The notes beneath the pieces were generated by a model. That model was not told the origin of the DNA. It did not search any database and was given only the letters and a program-made list of their open reading frames with translations. Made by a program: the position numbers and the translations under genes. Positions 9,101 through 19,468 of a DNA stretch of 64,000 bases are shown here, piece by piece. Positions within the stretch are counted from its first letter, which is position 1, and each line of letters starts with the position of its first letter. Origin of the DNA: an uncultured Eubacteriales bacterium (GTDB lineage: Bacteria; Bacillota; Clostridia; Oscillospirales; Acutalibacteraceae); the NCBI GenBank assembly GCA_934446475.1, contig CAKSEH010000009.1, positions 10,353-74,352 of the forward strand. The letters are read 5' to 3'.

Positions 9101-10012
9101 TCACAGCCAGTTATGCTTTTTTAAATACTCATCTATTATTTCGACTCCGAGTTTGGTGTGTGCCGGATCGTGATAATACTCACGGAGTAAAAATGCGTGA
9201 TTTGCCCCTTTAAGAAGATGAAGCTCGCAGTTTAGACCCATTTGTGTCATTCTGCGGTTAAAGAGAACCGAGTGCATAGGATCTACGCAGGTATCGCTGT
9301 CTCCGTGAACTAGAAGTGTATCGCAGTTATTATCTTTTATATGAAGAAGCGGGGAAAGCTGCATTTGTATTTCCTGCTTAGTCATACCCTTTAAGAGCGG
9401 CCTTTCAGAAGATTCGGGGCAGCCCTCACCCCAGCGGTCATTAAGAAGATTCAAAATGGGGTTCACAAGTATCGCAAGTTTTACGGGAAGTCTGTTTTCA
9501 AAGAAAGAATCGGTGGACATAACTCCCGCAAGATGTCCCCCTGCGGATTCGCCGAGCAAAATAACCCTATCAAGATCCGCTCCGTATTCAAGAGCGTGGT
9601 CGGCTATGTAATTCATACCGTCCTGACAGTCACAGCAAAGGTCGATCAGCTCTCTGCCGTTTCCTGCCTTCAAAATTCCGTAGGTCATTATTACGCCTAA
9701 AAATCCTTTGTCGGCATAATATCTGAGCAAATACCCGAGATAATCTCCGGACCATCTTGTCTGATCCTTCATTATATTTCTCGAGCCCCATCCGCCGCCG
9801 TGAATGATTGTGAAAACAGGATATTTCTTTGAGCGGTCGTAATCCTTGGGATAAAAATAGCAAAGCTCTAAATTTTCACCGTCGGGAACAGTCTTATAAG
9901 TTACTATCTCATCCGCTGTGTGTCGGGCAACATACTCCGAAAAGATACTGTCCGGAATATTTTCCTCTGGGATATGCGTATAGACCTTTGGCTCATCGTA
10001 ACACTTCATCAT
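9101..10012 (-). CDS. Alpha/beta-hydrolase esterase (HSL-like; putative carbohydrate or acetyl esterase)
   Basis: 303 aa with the oxyanion motif HGGGW, the nucleophile elbow GESAGG, and downstream HGDSD and H residues. Confidence 0.75.
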   Translation of the reverse strand: MMKCYDEPKVYTHIPEENIPDSIFSEYVARHTADEIVTYKTVPDGENLELCYFYPKDYDRSKKYPVFTIIHGGGWGSRNIMKDQTRWSGDYLGYLLRYYADKGFLGVIMTYGILKAGNGRELIDLCCDCQDGMNYIADHALEYGADLDRVILLGESAGGHLAGVMSTDSFFENRLPVKLAILVNPILNLLNDRWGEGCPESSERPLLKGMTKQEIQMQLSPLLHIKDNNCDTLLVHGDSDTCVDPMHSVLFNRRMTQMGLNCELHLLKGANHAFLLREYYHDPAHTKLGVEIIDEYLKKHNWL

Positions 10013-10023
10013 TGCCTGTCACC

Positions 10024-12507
10024 TCACACCTTTTTTATAACATACGGCTGCTTAGGCTCTGCCTTAAGTTTTAAAACACCGTTTTTAACGTCTACCGTCT
10101 TAATGCTTTCTTTATCCTTTGCGGGAAGTTCGGTAACGGTAACTTTTGTCCAATCGGATGGGAGATCTATTTCAAGTTCCTTACCGTTTCTTGAATAAGC
10201 GTAATACTTACCGCCGCATTCAACCGCAGTTGAATAGTCGGAAGCAATTATTTTTCCCTTGTAAGATATTTCATAAGTCTTTTCGGCGTTATCTACCTTT
10301 ATATATGAACCGCCGCCGTAATCAACAAATGATTTTTGCTCGCTGTAATCAATATCCTTTACTTTCTCATAAGAGAACTTAAGCATCGGGAATGTGAAAA
10401 GATAAAGCTTTTCGACTATTCCTTCATCGTTATCGTCGTACCTGCAGCCGGGGTCTGTTCCGCCTGACACCATACAACTCAGCATTACGTCGTCATTGTC
10501 GCAACTAGCACAGTAAGGCTGAGCGCCGTGCATTGCAAGAGTCGTCATAGGAACAAATTCGTCTCCTGCAAAAAGTTCTCCTTTTTTAATATTTCTGAAG
10601 CCCTGACAAAATCCTAAAAGATCGGCGTACTGAAGCGTAAGTGTTTCACTCGTAACATCAACGCCTCTTTTATTGAATTCCTTTATTATTTCACGCTTCG
10701 CAAGATAGTTTTGCTGAGCGTTTGTGGGATTGTTTTGGTAAAAATCATATCTGCGGTTTTCGCTCGACATAACATCAAGATGGTATGTTCCGACTTCCTT
10801 TATATTAAAGCGGTCAAGGGTTTTTTCTATTCTCTCAACAGCCTTGCCTGACTTTAAATACTTTTCGGGAGCCAATATATATGACATGCCGCCTGCCCAG
10901 AGCCAACCTTTATAAAATTCTCCGTGCTCATCAAATGCCATCATATCATCTGTAAGCTCGTAGTTATCGGAAAGATAGGCGTCATCAAAATTATCGTGGA
11001 AAGAAAGGGAACAATTTCTGCCCTTAAGTTCCTTTTGAAGCGACAAAAACTCCTCCTCTGTTCCTACTCTCGGATTAAACGGAGCAAGATAAGGATACGG
11101 ATATTCAAAGTCATGACCGCCCGACTGCCATCCGACTATATAAAGCACCTGCTTCATATCATCCGTAAGGTCGGCTATTTTTTTAACATATGCCTGAGCA
11201 TCCTTTAATGTGTGCACATACTTCGATTTATATGTGATGGGATTTTCAGGGTTGTACTGAGCGTTATCATCGGTATCAAGCTTATAAACAAAGGTATCCT
11301 TATATGTCTGCTTCGGATTTTTGGGAAGTTTTTTCTGAATTATCCTTGCCGGAGTTTTCCAATCGGCGTTTGAAACCGCATAAAGGTCTATCTCGACGGG
11401 TTCAACGGGTATCGACTTCATACCCTTTTCATCCGCCGGATAGTTTGCCATAAAGCCAGCGGTAAGAACGGCATATTTTTTACCGTTTGCGGCTGTTATT
11501 ACCGACTGAGTAAGCATACTGTCGGCGTCCGCCGCATCAAGGCAGAATGTAAGCCCGCTGTCTCCTGCGGAAATAATATTGCAGGTATCGTAAACAAAGG
11601 TTACAGACTGCGGCATAGCGTCCTTAAGAGCAAATTTTCTTCCGCCGCCGAAAAAGTTTGTGAGAACCGCATCATCACTGCACGAAAAAGCAAGCGGAAC
11701 AGAAAGCTTTATAAACTCATAGCCTTCCTCTGCCTTAACGGATTTTAAAGAAACCGACAGTTTTTCCGCCCTGTCCTCAAGCGATAATCTTGCAGATACA
11801 TATTCGTTTTTAAACGAATACTCCGCTGCACTGTCGCTCAAAGCCGCAAGCCTCGAGTCAAATTCCGTCATAGAAATAAGACGCTGTGTATTGTTCTTAA
11901 TATCACGAATTGTTACAAGGGGTGCTATATCAGGCCATTTTTCTTCCCCGTATCCCATAATCTGAGGATAATCTGCGCCTATTTTGAAATAACCGAGATC
12001 GGTTTGATTTTGCGGTATTATACCTACCGCCGGAGATATTTCATTAAATTCTGTATGCAAAGCTCTTCTTTGTTCCAATAAGCGCTTTCTTCCCCAGCCC
12101 CAGGCAATATCGATTTCGCCTATCTTCTGAGCAAAGGTTTCGGTTTCGTTTGCACCGATTATAGGAATGATTTCTCCCGACTTGGTAACGACCGAAAGCC
12201 TTACCTCAAATGTTGCGCCCCAGGTTGGCGCAACTGTCCACGCACCGGTCGTTGACCACACCTCTCCGCTCTTCCAGACTGCCATATCCGGAAAAGGTTT
12301 CCACATAAAACGAAATTCACAATTTTGATTTTGTTCTCTTCTGTGTCTGCCGCAAAAAATAACATCTGCCGCTATAAACGCATCCTTATTAAGAGAACAG
12401 TCGCCCACGTTTTCAAACTTTGCCGTAACATAAAGTCGGTCTCCGGGGTCCAGATAATTTGCGGAAATATCCGCAGAAATAAGCTTTGCCTTAAACATTT
12501 TTATCAC
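10024..12507 (-). CDS. Large cytoplasmic putative glycoside hydrolase, possibly GH101/GH129-like (family assignment tentative)
   Basis: 827-aa ORF with no signal peptide. The central segment QVLYIVGWQSGGHDFEYPYP...FHDNFDDAY...GTYHLDVMS reminds me of the endo-alpha-N-acetylgalactosaminidase-type TIM barrel. This is from memory only. Confidence 0.4.
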   Translation of the reverse strand: MIKMFKAKLISADISANYLDPGDRLYVTAKFENVGDCSLNKDAFIAADVIFCGRHRREQNQNCEFRFMWKPFPDMAVWKSGEVWSTTGAWTVAPTWGATFEVRLSVVTKSGEIIPIIGANETETFAQKIGEIDIAWGWGRKRLLEQRRALHTEFNEISPAVGIIPQNQTDLGYFKIGADYPQIMGYGEEKWPDIAPLVTIRDIKNNTQRLISMTEFDSRLAALSDSAAEYSFKNEYVSARLSLEDRAEKLSVSLKSVKAEEGYEFIKLSVPLAFSCSDDAVLTNFFGGGRKFALKDAMPQSVTFVYDTCNIISAGDSGLTFCLDAADADSMLTQSVITAANGKKYAVLTAGFMANYPADEKGMKSIPVEPVEIDLYAVSNADWKTPARIIQKKLPKNPKQTYKDTFVYKLDTDDNAQYNPENPITYKSKYVHTLKDAQAYVKKIADLTDDMKQVLYIVGWQSGGHDFEYPYPYLAPFNPRVGTEEEFLSLQKELKGRNCSLSFHDNFDDAYLSDNYELTDDMMAFDEHGEFYKGWLWAGGMSYILAPEKYLKSGKAVERIEKTLDRFNIKEVGTYHLDVMSSENRRYDFYQNNPTNAQQNYLAKREIIKEFNKRGVDVTSETLTLQYADLLGFCQGFRNIKKGELFAGDEFVPMTTLAMHGAQPYCASCDNDDVMLSCMVSGGTDPGCRYDDNDEGIVEKLYLFTFPMLKFSYEKVKDIDYSEQKSFVDYGGGSYIKVDNAEKTYEISYKGKIIASDYSTAVECGGKYYAYSRNGKELEIDLPSDWTKVTVTELPAKDKESIKTVDVKNGVLKLKAEPKQPYVIKKV

Positions 12508-12557
12508 CTATTGCTTTATTTTTTGTGGATTTGATTTTTTGTCGGTTGTCTTTGCCG

Positions 12558-14900
12558 TTAATAGTAAAATTCAATGTTGCGTTCCTTAACCCCGTCCTTA
12601 TGGAGGATTTTGCCGGATTTAACGGTTTGACCGTTTTCGGTATAATATCTTTCTCCCTGAGACGGTTTTAAGGAAATATTATAAACGCAACCTCTGAAAT
12701 TACGCTTAACATAAACTTCTTTCCACTCGGACGGCATACAGGGGTCTATCAGAAGACCGTCATACTCCGCTCTTACTCCGAGCATATACTGTGTAGCCGC
12801 TATATACATCCAGGCGGCAGTTCCGGAAAGCCAGCTTACGTTTGCAAGACCGAAGTGAAGCGATTCGGGTCCCATAATGTTCGAAGAATAAACATACGGT
12901 TCCGCCTTATATCTCCACTCGCCTACCCTTTCAAGCGCCTCCATAGGAAGCAGCTGTTTATAATATTTGTAGGCACGGTCAGCGTTGCCGAGCATACATT
13001 CCGCAATTATTGCCCAGGTGTTTGCGTGGCAGAATATAGCGCCGTTTTCGCCGCAGCCCTTGCTGTAATTTGTAAGGGGGTCTTCTTTTGAGGGATATCC
13101 GTCAATAGAAGGGTCTATTTTCTTTATACCCATAGGAGTATTAAGAATTTTATAAACACTGTCCATCGCTGTTTTGCCCTTGTCGCCTTCGGCTGTGCCG
13201 GAGATAACAGACCAGGTCTGTGAATTAAGCCATATCTTAGCCTGTTCTTCCTTTACGGAACCTAAGAATCTGCCGTTATCCATTATTGCACGGCAGAACC
13301 ATTTACCGTCCCACGCTTTTTCGTTTATAGTCTTTTTCTGCTCGTTATAGGCTTTCTCATATTCCGAACCGTCTTCACCTATAATTTTCGAAAGCTTCTG
13401 CATATCCTTAAGGCAAACGCAGAACTGCATTGCCGTCCATATACTCTCGCCTTTACCCTGACGGCACACTCTGAAGAGCTGATCGTTCCAGTCGGATCTT
13501 AGCATAAGCGGAAATCCGTGAGCACCTATCTTGCTGAGCGTGAATTCTATTGACTTCTTAATATGTTCAAGAACAGTGCCCTCGCCGCCGTCAAAATAAG
13601 AGACCTTATTATAGAGAAAATCGGTACTTCCCTCTTCCTCTATCAGTTTATAAACCGTATGCACTATCCAAAGGTGGTCATCGGAATGAACGGTTGTAAC
13701 CGGATCCCACCCTTCTGTGGGGAAGAAATAATGATTAACGTGACCGTCATTATACTGCTGAGTTAAAAGTAGTTCGATCTTTTCTCTTGAACGCTTGGTA
13801 TCAAACGGTATCATAGAGAGAATATCCTGAGCCGTATCCCTGAAACCCACTCCTCTGAATGTTCCCGTGGCATAATACGAAATGTTTCTTGAAAACCTGA
13901 AGTTGCGTTCCGCCTGATAGGGATTCCAAATATTTATCATTCTCTCGGCATTTTTATCGGGGAGGGTGCAACTGTATTTTGAAAGATATTCGTCCCATTT
14001 CTTATTAAGTCCGTCAAACGATTTTTTGACAAAATCCTTTTCCCTGCAATGAGCGACCGATTTTTCGATTTCTTCGTCAGTCATAGCCGCTCCGAGGAAA
14101 AAGCATACACGCTTTTCTTCGTTCGCCTTAAGCTCAACGTCAAGTTCAAACGCAAAGCAAGGATCGCCGCCGGCAAGAGTTGAGTTCGAGCAGCCTCTTT
14201 CAAGGCCTATGGGGTTTTCCTCACTTCTGTATGTGCCGACAAATTCATCCCTATCGCCGTCGAAAGCGGATATTTTTGCGTCGGACGCAAAATATATAAG
14301 CGGAGTTTCATTCGGACGTGGTTGATTTTCGACGCCGTACTTATAAACAAGCGTGTCGCCGATTGCATAAACACTGAGCTGATGTTTATTGTAACACTGC
14401 CACTGAAGTTCACGCATAAACTCCATCATACCGAGTTCAACATACGGGAACAGCTTTATTTTCCGATCGGTATCCGCTTTAAGGTTCAGTTCCCACACAA
14501 GGCAGTCCTCAAGGTATCCTATGTGAAATCTGAGGTCCGCTTTAAGACCGTTATGTTCGCTCCTGAAAACCGTGTATCCCATACCGTGGGTCGCCGACCA
14601 TTTTTCGGGTTTTGTCGCAACCGGTTCGGCAGTCGGGCAAAATACATCGTTATTATCCTTTATGTATACATAAAATCCGCTTCGGTCTGTAGGAAGATTA
14701 AAAAAGCGGTAATGATTTATTCTCCATATCTGAGGAGAGCGGTAAAACGCAACGCCGCCCCCTGCCTGAGATATCATCGTATGGAATGTGCCGTTGCTCA
14801 GATAGTTCATCCACGGCGTGGCTGTATTATACTTATTTATCGTAATTTCCTTTTTATCATCAGAAAAAACATAACACTGTTTATTTGACTCGTTTTTCAT
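12558..14900 (-). CDS. GH94-family glycan phosphorylase (cellobiose/chitobiose phosphorylase-like)
   Basis: 780 aa. The N-terminus TPWMNYLSNGTFHTMISQAGGGVAFYRSPQIWRINHYRFFNLPTDRSGFYVYIKD parallels the cellobiose phosphorylase N-terminus. A catalytic-region motif, LRSDWNDQL, is present. Confidence 0.8.
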   Translation of the reverse strand: MKNESNKQCYVFSDDKKEITINKYNTATPWMNYLSNGTFHTMISQAGGGVAFYRSPQIWRINHYRFFNLPTDRSGFYVYIKDNNDVFCPTAEPVATKPEKWSATHGMGYTVFRSEHNGLKADLRFHIGYLEDCLVWELNLKADTDRKIKLFPYVELGMMEFMRELQWQCYNKHQLSVYAIGDTLVYKYGVENQPRPNETPLIYFASDAKISAFDGDRDEFVGTYRSEENPIGLERGCSNSTLAGGDPCFAFELDVELKANEEKRVCFFLGAAMTDEEIEKSVAHCREKDFVKKSFDGLNKKWDEYLSKYSCTLPDKNAERMINIWNPYQAERNFRFSRNISYYATGTFRGVGFRDTAQDILSMIPFDTKRSREKIELLLTQQYNDGHVNHYFFPTEGWDPVTTVHSDDHLWIVHTVYKLIEEEGSTDFLYNKVSYFDGGEGTVLEHIKKSIEFTLSKIGAHGFPLMLRSDWNDQLFRVCRQGKGESIWTAMQFCVCLKDMQKLSKIIGEDGSEYEKAYNEQKKTINEKAWDGKWFCRAIMDNGRFLGSVKEEQAKIWLNSQTWSVISGTAEGDKGKTAMDSVYKILNTPMGIKKIDPSIDGYPSKEDPLTNYSKGCGENGAIFCHANTWAIIAECMLGNADRAYKYYKQLLPMEALERVGEWRYKAEPYVYSSNIMGPESLHFGLANVSWLSGTAAWMYIAATQYMLGVRAEYDGLLIDPCMPSEWKEVYVKRNFRGCVYNISLKPSQGERYYTENGQTVKSGKILHKDGVKERNIEFYY

Positions 14901-14905
14901 TTTCC

Positions 14906-17281
14906 TTACTCCTTAACCTTAGAATCGGGGCCTATTGCAGACTCTGCATATCCGCCTATTCGGATACTGTCCTCTGTAAATATATTTTTTTCCATATAAT
15001 TTACGCCCTTTGTCAGCATTTCAACAGCGGTTGTATATCCGCCTATACGGTTCGATACAATGCTGTTATATGAGCCGCTTATTGCAACCCCGCAATGCGG
15101 TGTAAGGTCAACAAATTCAGGGAGGTTCTTGGTGCAGGTGATGCTGTGCATACCGTCAAACAAATTCTGCCTTACGGAATTTCCGAACATTCCGAGAGTT
15201 CGTTTTATCCTGTCATCCTTGCAGTCTATGTAATTTTTGTTTACATCAAGCCACATTCCCTTTCCGCTGCCCTTTATCTGGCAGTGAAGAATATAGTTGA
15301 AGGCAACAACGCAGGTGCGCATTTTTTCATTATTGTAAAGGTGGCTGTAAAGTCTTATACCCGCCGAAAGCTCGATAATATGACCGGACATAACATTTTC
15401 TATGCCGCATAACCATATGAACTGCGTATGACCGTTTGAAGAGGCGGTGTTATTATCGACCCACATATTATGATAAGTTGCACAGACAACGGTAAACACA
15501 GTGTCATAGTCGGGCTTTACCGTCCACGGAGTGTCAAGAATAAGCCTTTTGCCGTCAACTCCGATAACTTTGCGGTACTGACCGAAACCCGTACCGTCAA
15601 TTATGCAGACAAATCTGGAGTTTTCTCTGTTTGCTTCGGCAGACAGAACAAAATCTTCGGAAACATCATCTTCTGTTTTTCCTATGACTATGTGATCATC
15701 GCCGATCTCATCGGCGGTTCCTGTCCAATCGCAGCTTCCGTTTTCACACATATAAAGCTCGAGCGCATTACAGTTTCTCGCAACATCGTAAACTCTGTTC
15801 TGATAAACCCAATTGCTTTCAAAGCCCTGCTGCGACATAAGCGCTCTCCTGCCGCTTATAAAATCATTTTCGATAAATACCGAATCGTGAACGCCGGAAA
15901 AATAGGTCTGATCCATCTGCCTCGGCGAGCACTCAAATGTATTTTTTATAATTCTTAAACGATAGTTTGCCGCCGGCATTACCCATATAGGAACAAGTGC
16001 GGTAAATTTACATTTATAAACCGTAAGCTCGGTATTGCTGCAGGTCGTAAGGAAAGCTGCGCTTATCGAACCGAATTCGGCATTCGGGTCATAGGTATTG
16101 TTTGCACCGCCGTCAACTTCAACATAATTTGCAAAAGCTCCGAAAACCTCGGCATTATCTTCCTGTGCAGAAACAAGTATTCCGATATCGGCTCCGCCCA
16201 TTTCAAGGCGAAGACCTTCAACCCCTGCATCACCGCATATCCTTATAAGAGCTCCGTTTTTACGGGTTGCCCATATCTTTTGCCAATCCTTAGCCCAGCC
16301 CGAAACACCGGATTTTTTATAGGCAAAACCCATTTTAAGCCAGTCGGTTTCGATTCGTTTTCCGTAAACCGTGCGGACGGTCGTAGCACCCTTGCCTGCG
16401 CCCTGCAAAATAACACCGTCCCTCAGCGTGAGGGTATCGCTGATGCCGTAAACGCCGGCAGTCAAAATCAAAACTCCTCCGCCGTTTGCATAAAGACCGT
16501 CAAGCGCAGTCTGAATTTCATCCGTCATATCTTTAAATGCACCCTCAGCCGGAGCCGGAATAACCGCCGTGCGGCAAGGAGGAAGCATTATTTCATCCGC
16601 TGTTTCCCTGTTCCATTTGGTCCTGTAATATTCCGTAAGAGTATACTCGGAATCAACCGTTACCGTTACGGGTTTGCTCCAACCGTACAAACCGCCGTAT
16701 CCCGAATGGAGATATACCTCATATTCACCGTTTTCCAGTGATTCTGGTATTCTTATATGCATTGAATTCCTGTGAGAATCGTGCGGGTAATAATACATAA
16801 AAGGAGATAAAAATTCGGTGTCCTTAAATTCGCCGGTTGCCTTGTTTTTAAAGACAGCCTTCCTGTGCTGAACGGACCAAAATCCTATCCCGTAAAATGA
16901 TGCGACCGCACCGGGATATACCTTTTTGAAGGTTTGCATCCATATATCCGGGGCATTTGCAACAAAGGGTTTTGAAATTCCGTTTTCATTTTCAACCCAC
17001 ATAACGGCGGTTCCCTCACGGGTGCCCTGATCCCCGCCGACAAAAATCACCTGAGAGTCGACAAAGGTTGTGATTTTATATACCGTTGCGTCCTCAGGCG
17101 GAAACTCGGGCAGTTCTGCTCCCGGCAGACCGTAATCTTCGGTCTTTACCGTTTCCCCTGTTTGGGGACGCCACCAATAAACTTTGTTTTCACGCCCGAA
17201 ATTTTCTCCGAAAAGCTGTATAGCCTCTCCGTTTTCAAAGTTTACAATTCTTGAGATTTGCGGTTTTGGATTTTTTGACAT
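14906..17281 (-). CDS. Right-handed parallel beta-helix protein (pectate-lyase-fold putative glycosidase or lyase), no signal peptide
   Basis: 791 aa. The motif GGVLILTAGVYGISDTLTLRDGVILQGAGKGATTV is typical of the Pectate_lyase_3-type N-cap. The stop lies 6 nt upstream of the GH94 gene start. Confidence 0.6.
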   Translation of the reverse strand: MSKNPKPQISRIVNFENGEAIQLFGENFGRENKVYWWRPQTGETVKTEDYGLPGAELPEFPPEDATVYKITTFVDSQVIFVGGDQGTREGTAVMWVENENGISKPFVANAPDIWMQTFKKVYPGAVASFYGIGFWSVQHRKAVFKNKATGEFKDTEFLSPFMYYYPHDSHRNSMHIRIPESLENGEYEVYLHSGYGGLYGWSKPVTVTVDSEYTLTEYYRTKWNRETADEIMLPPCRTAVIPAPAEGAFKDMTDEIQTALDGLYANGGGVLILTAGVYGISDTLTLRDGVILQGAGKGATTVRTVYGKRIETDWLKMGFAYKKSGVSGWAKDWQKIWATRKNGALIRICGDAGVEGLRLEMGGADIGILVSAQEDNAEVFGAFANYVEVDGGANNTYDPNAEFGSISAAFLTTCSNTELTVYKCKFTALVPIWVMPAANYRLRIIKNTFECSPRQMDQTYFSGVHDSVFIENDFISGRRALMSQQGFESNWVYQNRVYDVARNCNALELYMCENGSCDWTGTADEIGDDHIVIGKTEDDVSEDFVLSAEANRENSRFVCIIDGTGFGQYRKVIGVDGKRLILDTPWTVKPDYDTVFTVVCATYHNMWVDNNTASSNGHTQFIWLCGIENVMSGHIIELSAGIRLYSHLYNNEKMRTCVVAFNYILHCQIKGSGKGMWLDVNKNYIDCKDDRIKRTLGMFGNSVRQNLFDGMHSITCTKNLPEFVDLTPHCGVAISGSYNSIVSNRIGGYTTAVEMLTKGVNYMEKNIFTEDSIRIGGYAESAIGPDSKVKE

Positions 17282-17539
17282 TACATTACAACTCCCTTAA
17301 AGCCTTAAGGTCAGGCTCAAAACGCCCGTTTCCTGTGTTGTTTCCCTATTAAACAACACAAAATTCCCCAAAAGGGCGCTTTCGTGCACATTATACACTA
17401 CCTCACAGTTTAAGTCAATCAAATTTACTCTAAAATAAACAAAAATTTTTAAGCGCCGAATAAGAGAAATATTTTTTGTTTAAATTTATGTAAAATCAGA
17501 CATTTTTTATGTAAAAACGGACATAAAAAGCCCATATAT

Positions 17540-17569
17540 TTGACTTTGCCGTTTCTCCTAAGCTATAAT
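17540..17569 (+). promoter_or_regulatory. Sigma-70-type promoter for the fucosidase gene
   Basis: TTGACT (17540-17545), 18-nt spacer, TATAAT (17564-17569), about 45 nt before the ATG. Confidence 0.5.
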
Positions 17570-17613
17570 GAGCGTGAAATCTGCAGAAATCATTATTAAC
17601 GGAGGACACGATT

Positions 17614-18627
17614 ATGACAAATGTTGAATGGTATAAATCGTCCGGATACGGAATGATGCTTCACTGGGGACTTTATTCCCTGCTCGGAGGAGAATACAAA
17701 GGTAAGCGTGTGCACAGCTATGCAGAGTGGGCGCAATCTTACTTCCAAATTTCCGTAAAAGATTACGAAAAGCTCGCCGCCGCCTTTAATCCGATATATT
17801 TTGACGCCGAAGAATATGTAAGCTTCGCAAAAAATCTCGGAATGAAATACATAGTTTTAACAACTAAGCATCACGACGGCTTCGCTATGTTCAAATCGCA
17901 GTGTGACAAATTCAATGTATATGATGCTACACCGTTTAAAAGAGACATTCTCGGGGAATTTGCGGTCGCCTGCAAAAAATACGGCTTAAAGCTCGGAATA
18001 TACTATTCTCAGGACCTTGACTGGCATCATCCGCACGGCGGCGGTTATAAATCAAATCATATCTTTAACTGCGGCTCAACCTGGGATAACAGTTGGGATT
18101 TTAAGGGCGAAAAGGACTTTAACATATGCTTTGATGAAAAGATACTGCCGCAAATAAAAGAAATTATGTCAAATTACGGCGATATATGCCTTGCCTGGTT
18201 TGATGTTCCGATGACGATCAACGCAGAACAGAGCACAATAATATATAACACCGTTAAAGAGCTCCAGCCCGACTGCCTCATAAACTCAAGGCTAGGAAAC
18301 GGAAAATACGATTATGTATCCCTCGGCGACAATGAAATTCCCGAAACAGCCGAAAAAGTATCGGATACAGATATAGATTTCAATTCAATAGAGGGGTTCA
18401 AGCCGTCGCCGCTCGGTCTTTACGAAACTGCCGCAACGCTTAACGATACCTGGGGATTTTCTTATTATGACCATAATTGGAAATCTCCCGAAACAATAGC
18501 CGAAAACAGAAAACATCTTAACTCTCTCGGAATAAATTACCTTTTAAATGTAGGCCCCGACCCGCTCGGAAGAATACCTACCTCAGCCGCAGATATACTG
18601 ATAAAGGCTTCCGAAATATACAAATAA
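17614..18627 (+). CDS. GH29 alpha-L-fucosidase (catalytic domain only)
   Basis: 337 aa with YGMMLHWGLYS...YAEW...FNP..FDA..YVSFAKNLGMKYIVLTTKHHDGFAMF, the classic GH29 N-terminal pattern. Confidence 0.8.
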   Translation: MTNVEWYKSSGYGMMLHWGLYSLLGGEYKGKRVHSYAEWAQSYFQISVKDYEKLAAAFNPIYFDAEEYVSFAKNLGMKYIVLTTKHHDGFAMFKSQCDKFNVYDATPFKRDILGEFAVACKKYGLKLGIYYSQDLDWHHPHGGGYKSNHIFNCGSTWDNSWDFKGEKDFNICFDEKILPQIKEIMSNYGDICLAWFDVPMTINAEQSTIIYNTVKELQPDCLINSRLGNGKYDYVSLGDNEIPETAEKVSDTDIDFNSIEGFKPSPLGLYETAATLNDTWGFSYYDHNWKSPETIAENRKHLNSLGINYLLNVGPDPLGRIPTSAADILIKASEIYK

Positions 18628-18633
18628 ATCTTA

Positions 18634-18675
18634 CCCCGCCGTTTTCCTCATTTTGGGAAGCGGCGGGGATTTTTC
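18634..18675 (+). terminator. Rho-independent terminator after the fucosidase gene
   Basis: ccccgccg ... cggcgggg stem followed by atttttc. Confidence 0.75.
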
Positions 18676-18676
18676 A

Positions 18677-18705
18677 TTGACTTTATCTGTGCTTTACCTT
18701 ATAAT
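18677..18705 (+). promoter_or_regulatory. Promoter of the pyrH operon
   Basis: TTGACT, 17-nt spacer, TATAAT (18700-18705). Confidence 0.55.
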
Positions 18706-18743
18706 ATATATTTAGTATAAGCCTAATTTAAGGAGTGTTTAAA

Positions 18744-19448
18744 ATGAAGCCCGTTTATAAAAGAATTCTGCTGAAATTAAGCGGAGAGGTGCTCGCAGGA
18801 GAAAAAGGTACAGGTATCGATTTCGATAAAGTCACCGATGTATGCAAGCGTATTAAAGAATGCGTCGATATGGGGGTGCAGATGGCGATCGTCGTCGGAG
18901 GAGGAAACTTCTGGAGAGGCAGATCCTCGGGTAAAATGGATCGTACGAGAGCCGATCATATGGGTATGCTCGCAACCACTATAAATTCGCTTGCTTTGTG
19001 CGACGCTTTAGAGCAGCTCGGAGTTACGGCAAGGGTACAGACAGCCATTGAAATGCGCCAAATAGCAGAACCTTATATCAGGAACAAGGCAATAAGACAC
19101 CTTGAAAAGGGCAGAGTTGTTATATTCGGCTGCGGAACCGGAAACCCGTTCTTCTCAACCGACACCGCCGCAGCGCTCAGGGCTGCGGAAATAGGTGCAG
19201 ATGTTATATTCAAAGCCACTAATGTTGACGGCATATATGACAGCGACCCCAAAACAAATCCGAACGCCAAAAAGTTCGACGAACTTACGCATTACGAAGT
19301 CCTTAAAATGAAACTTAATGTTATGGACAGTACGGCGGCTTCACTCTGTATGGATAACGAAATCAAAATACTCGTATTCAATTTAAACGATCCCGATAAT
19401 ATAACAAGAGCCGTTACCGGAAAACACAACGGCACACTTGTGAAATAA
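18744..19448 (+). CDS. pyrH: UMP kinase
   Basis: The motifs ILLKLSGE and [10 protein letters not shown] are present. I place the start at ATG 18744, 8 nt after AGGAG, rather than at the track's GTG 18735. Confidence 0.93.
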   Translation: MKPVYKRILLKLSGEVLAGEKGTGIDFDKVTDVCKRIKECVDMGVQMAIVVGGGNFWRGRSSGKMDRTRADHMGMLATTINSLALCDALEQLGVTARVQTAIEMRQIAEPYIRNKAIRHLEKGRVVIFGCGTGNPFFSTDTAAALRAAEIGADVIFKATNVDGIYDSDPKTNPNAKKFDELTHYEVLKMKLNVMDSTAASLCMDNEIKILVFNLNDPDNITRAVTGKHNGTLVK

Positions 19449-19468
19449 TCTGAAAGAAGGCTTAAATT

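Noticed and set aside
14322-16741. Plus-strand ORFs of 188, 105, 162 and 153 aa inside the GH94 and beta-helix genes
   Set aside because: They are antisense to strongly supported coding regions. Their sequences are rich in Arg, Ile, Phe and Lys with no recognisable motifs.
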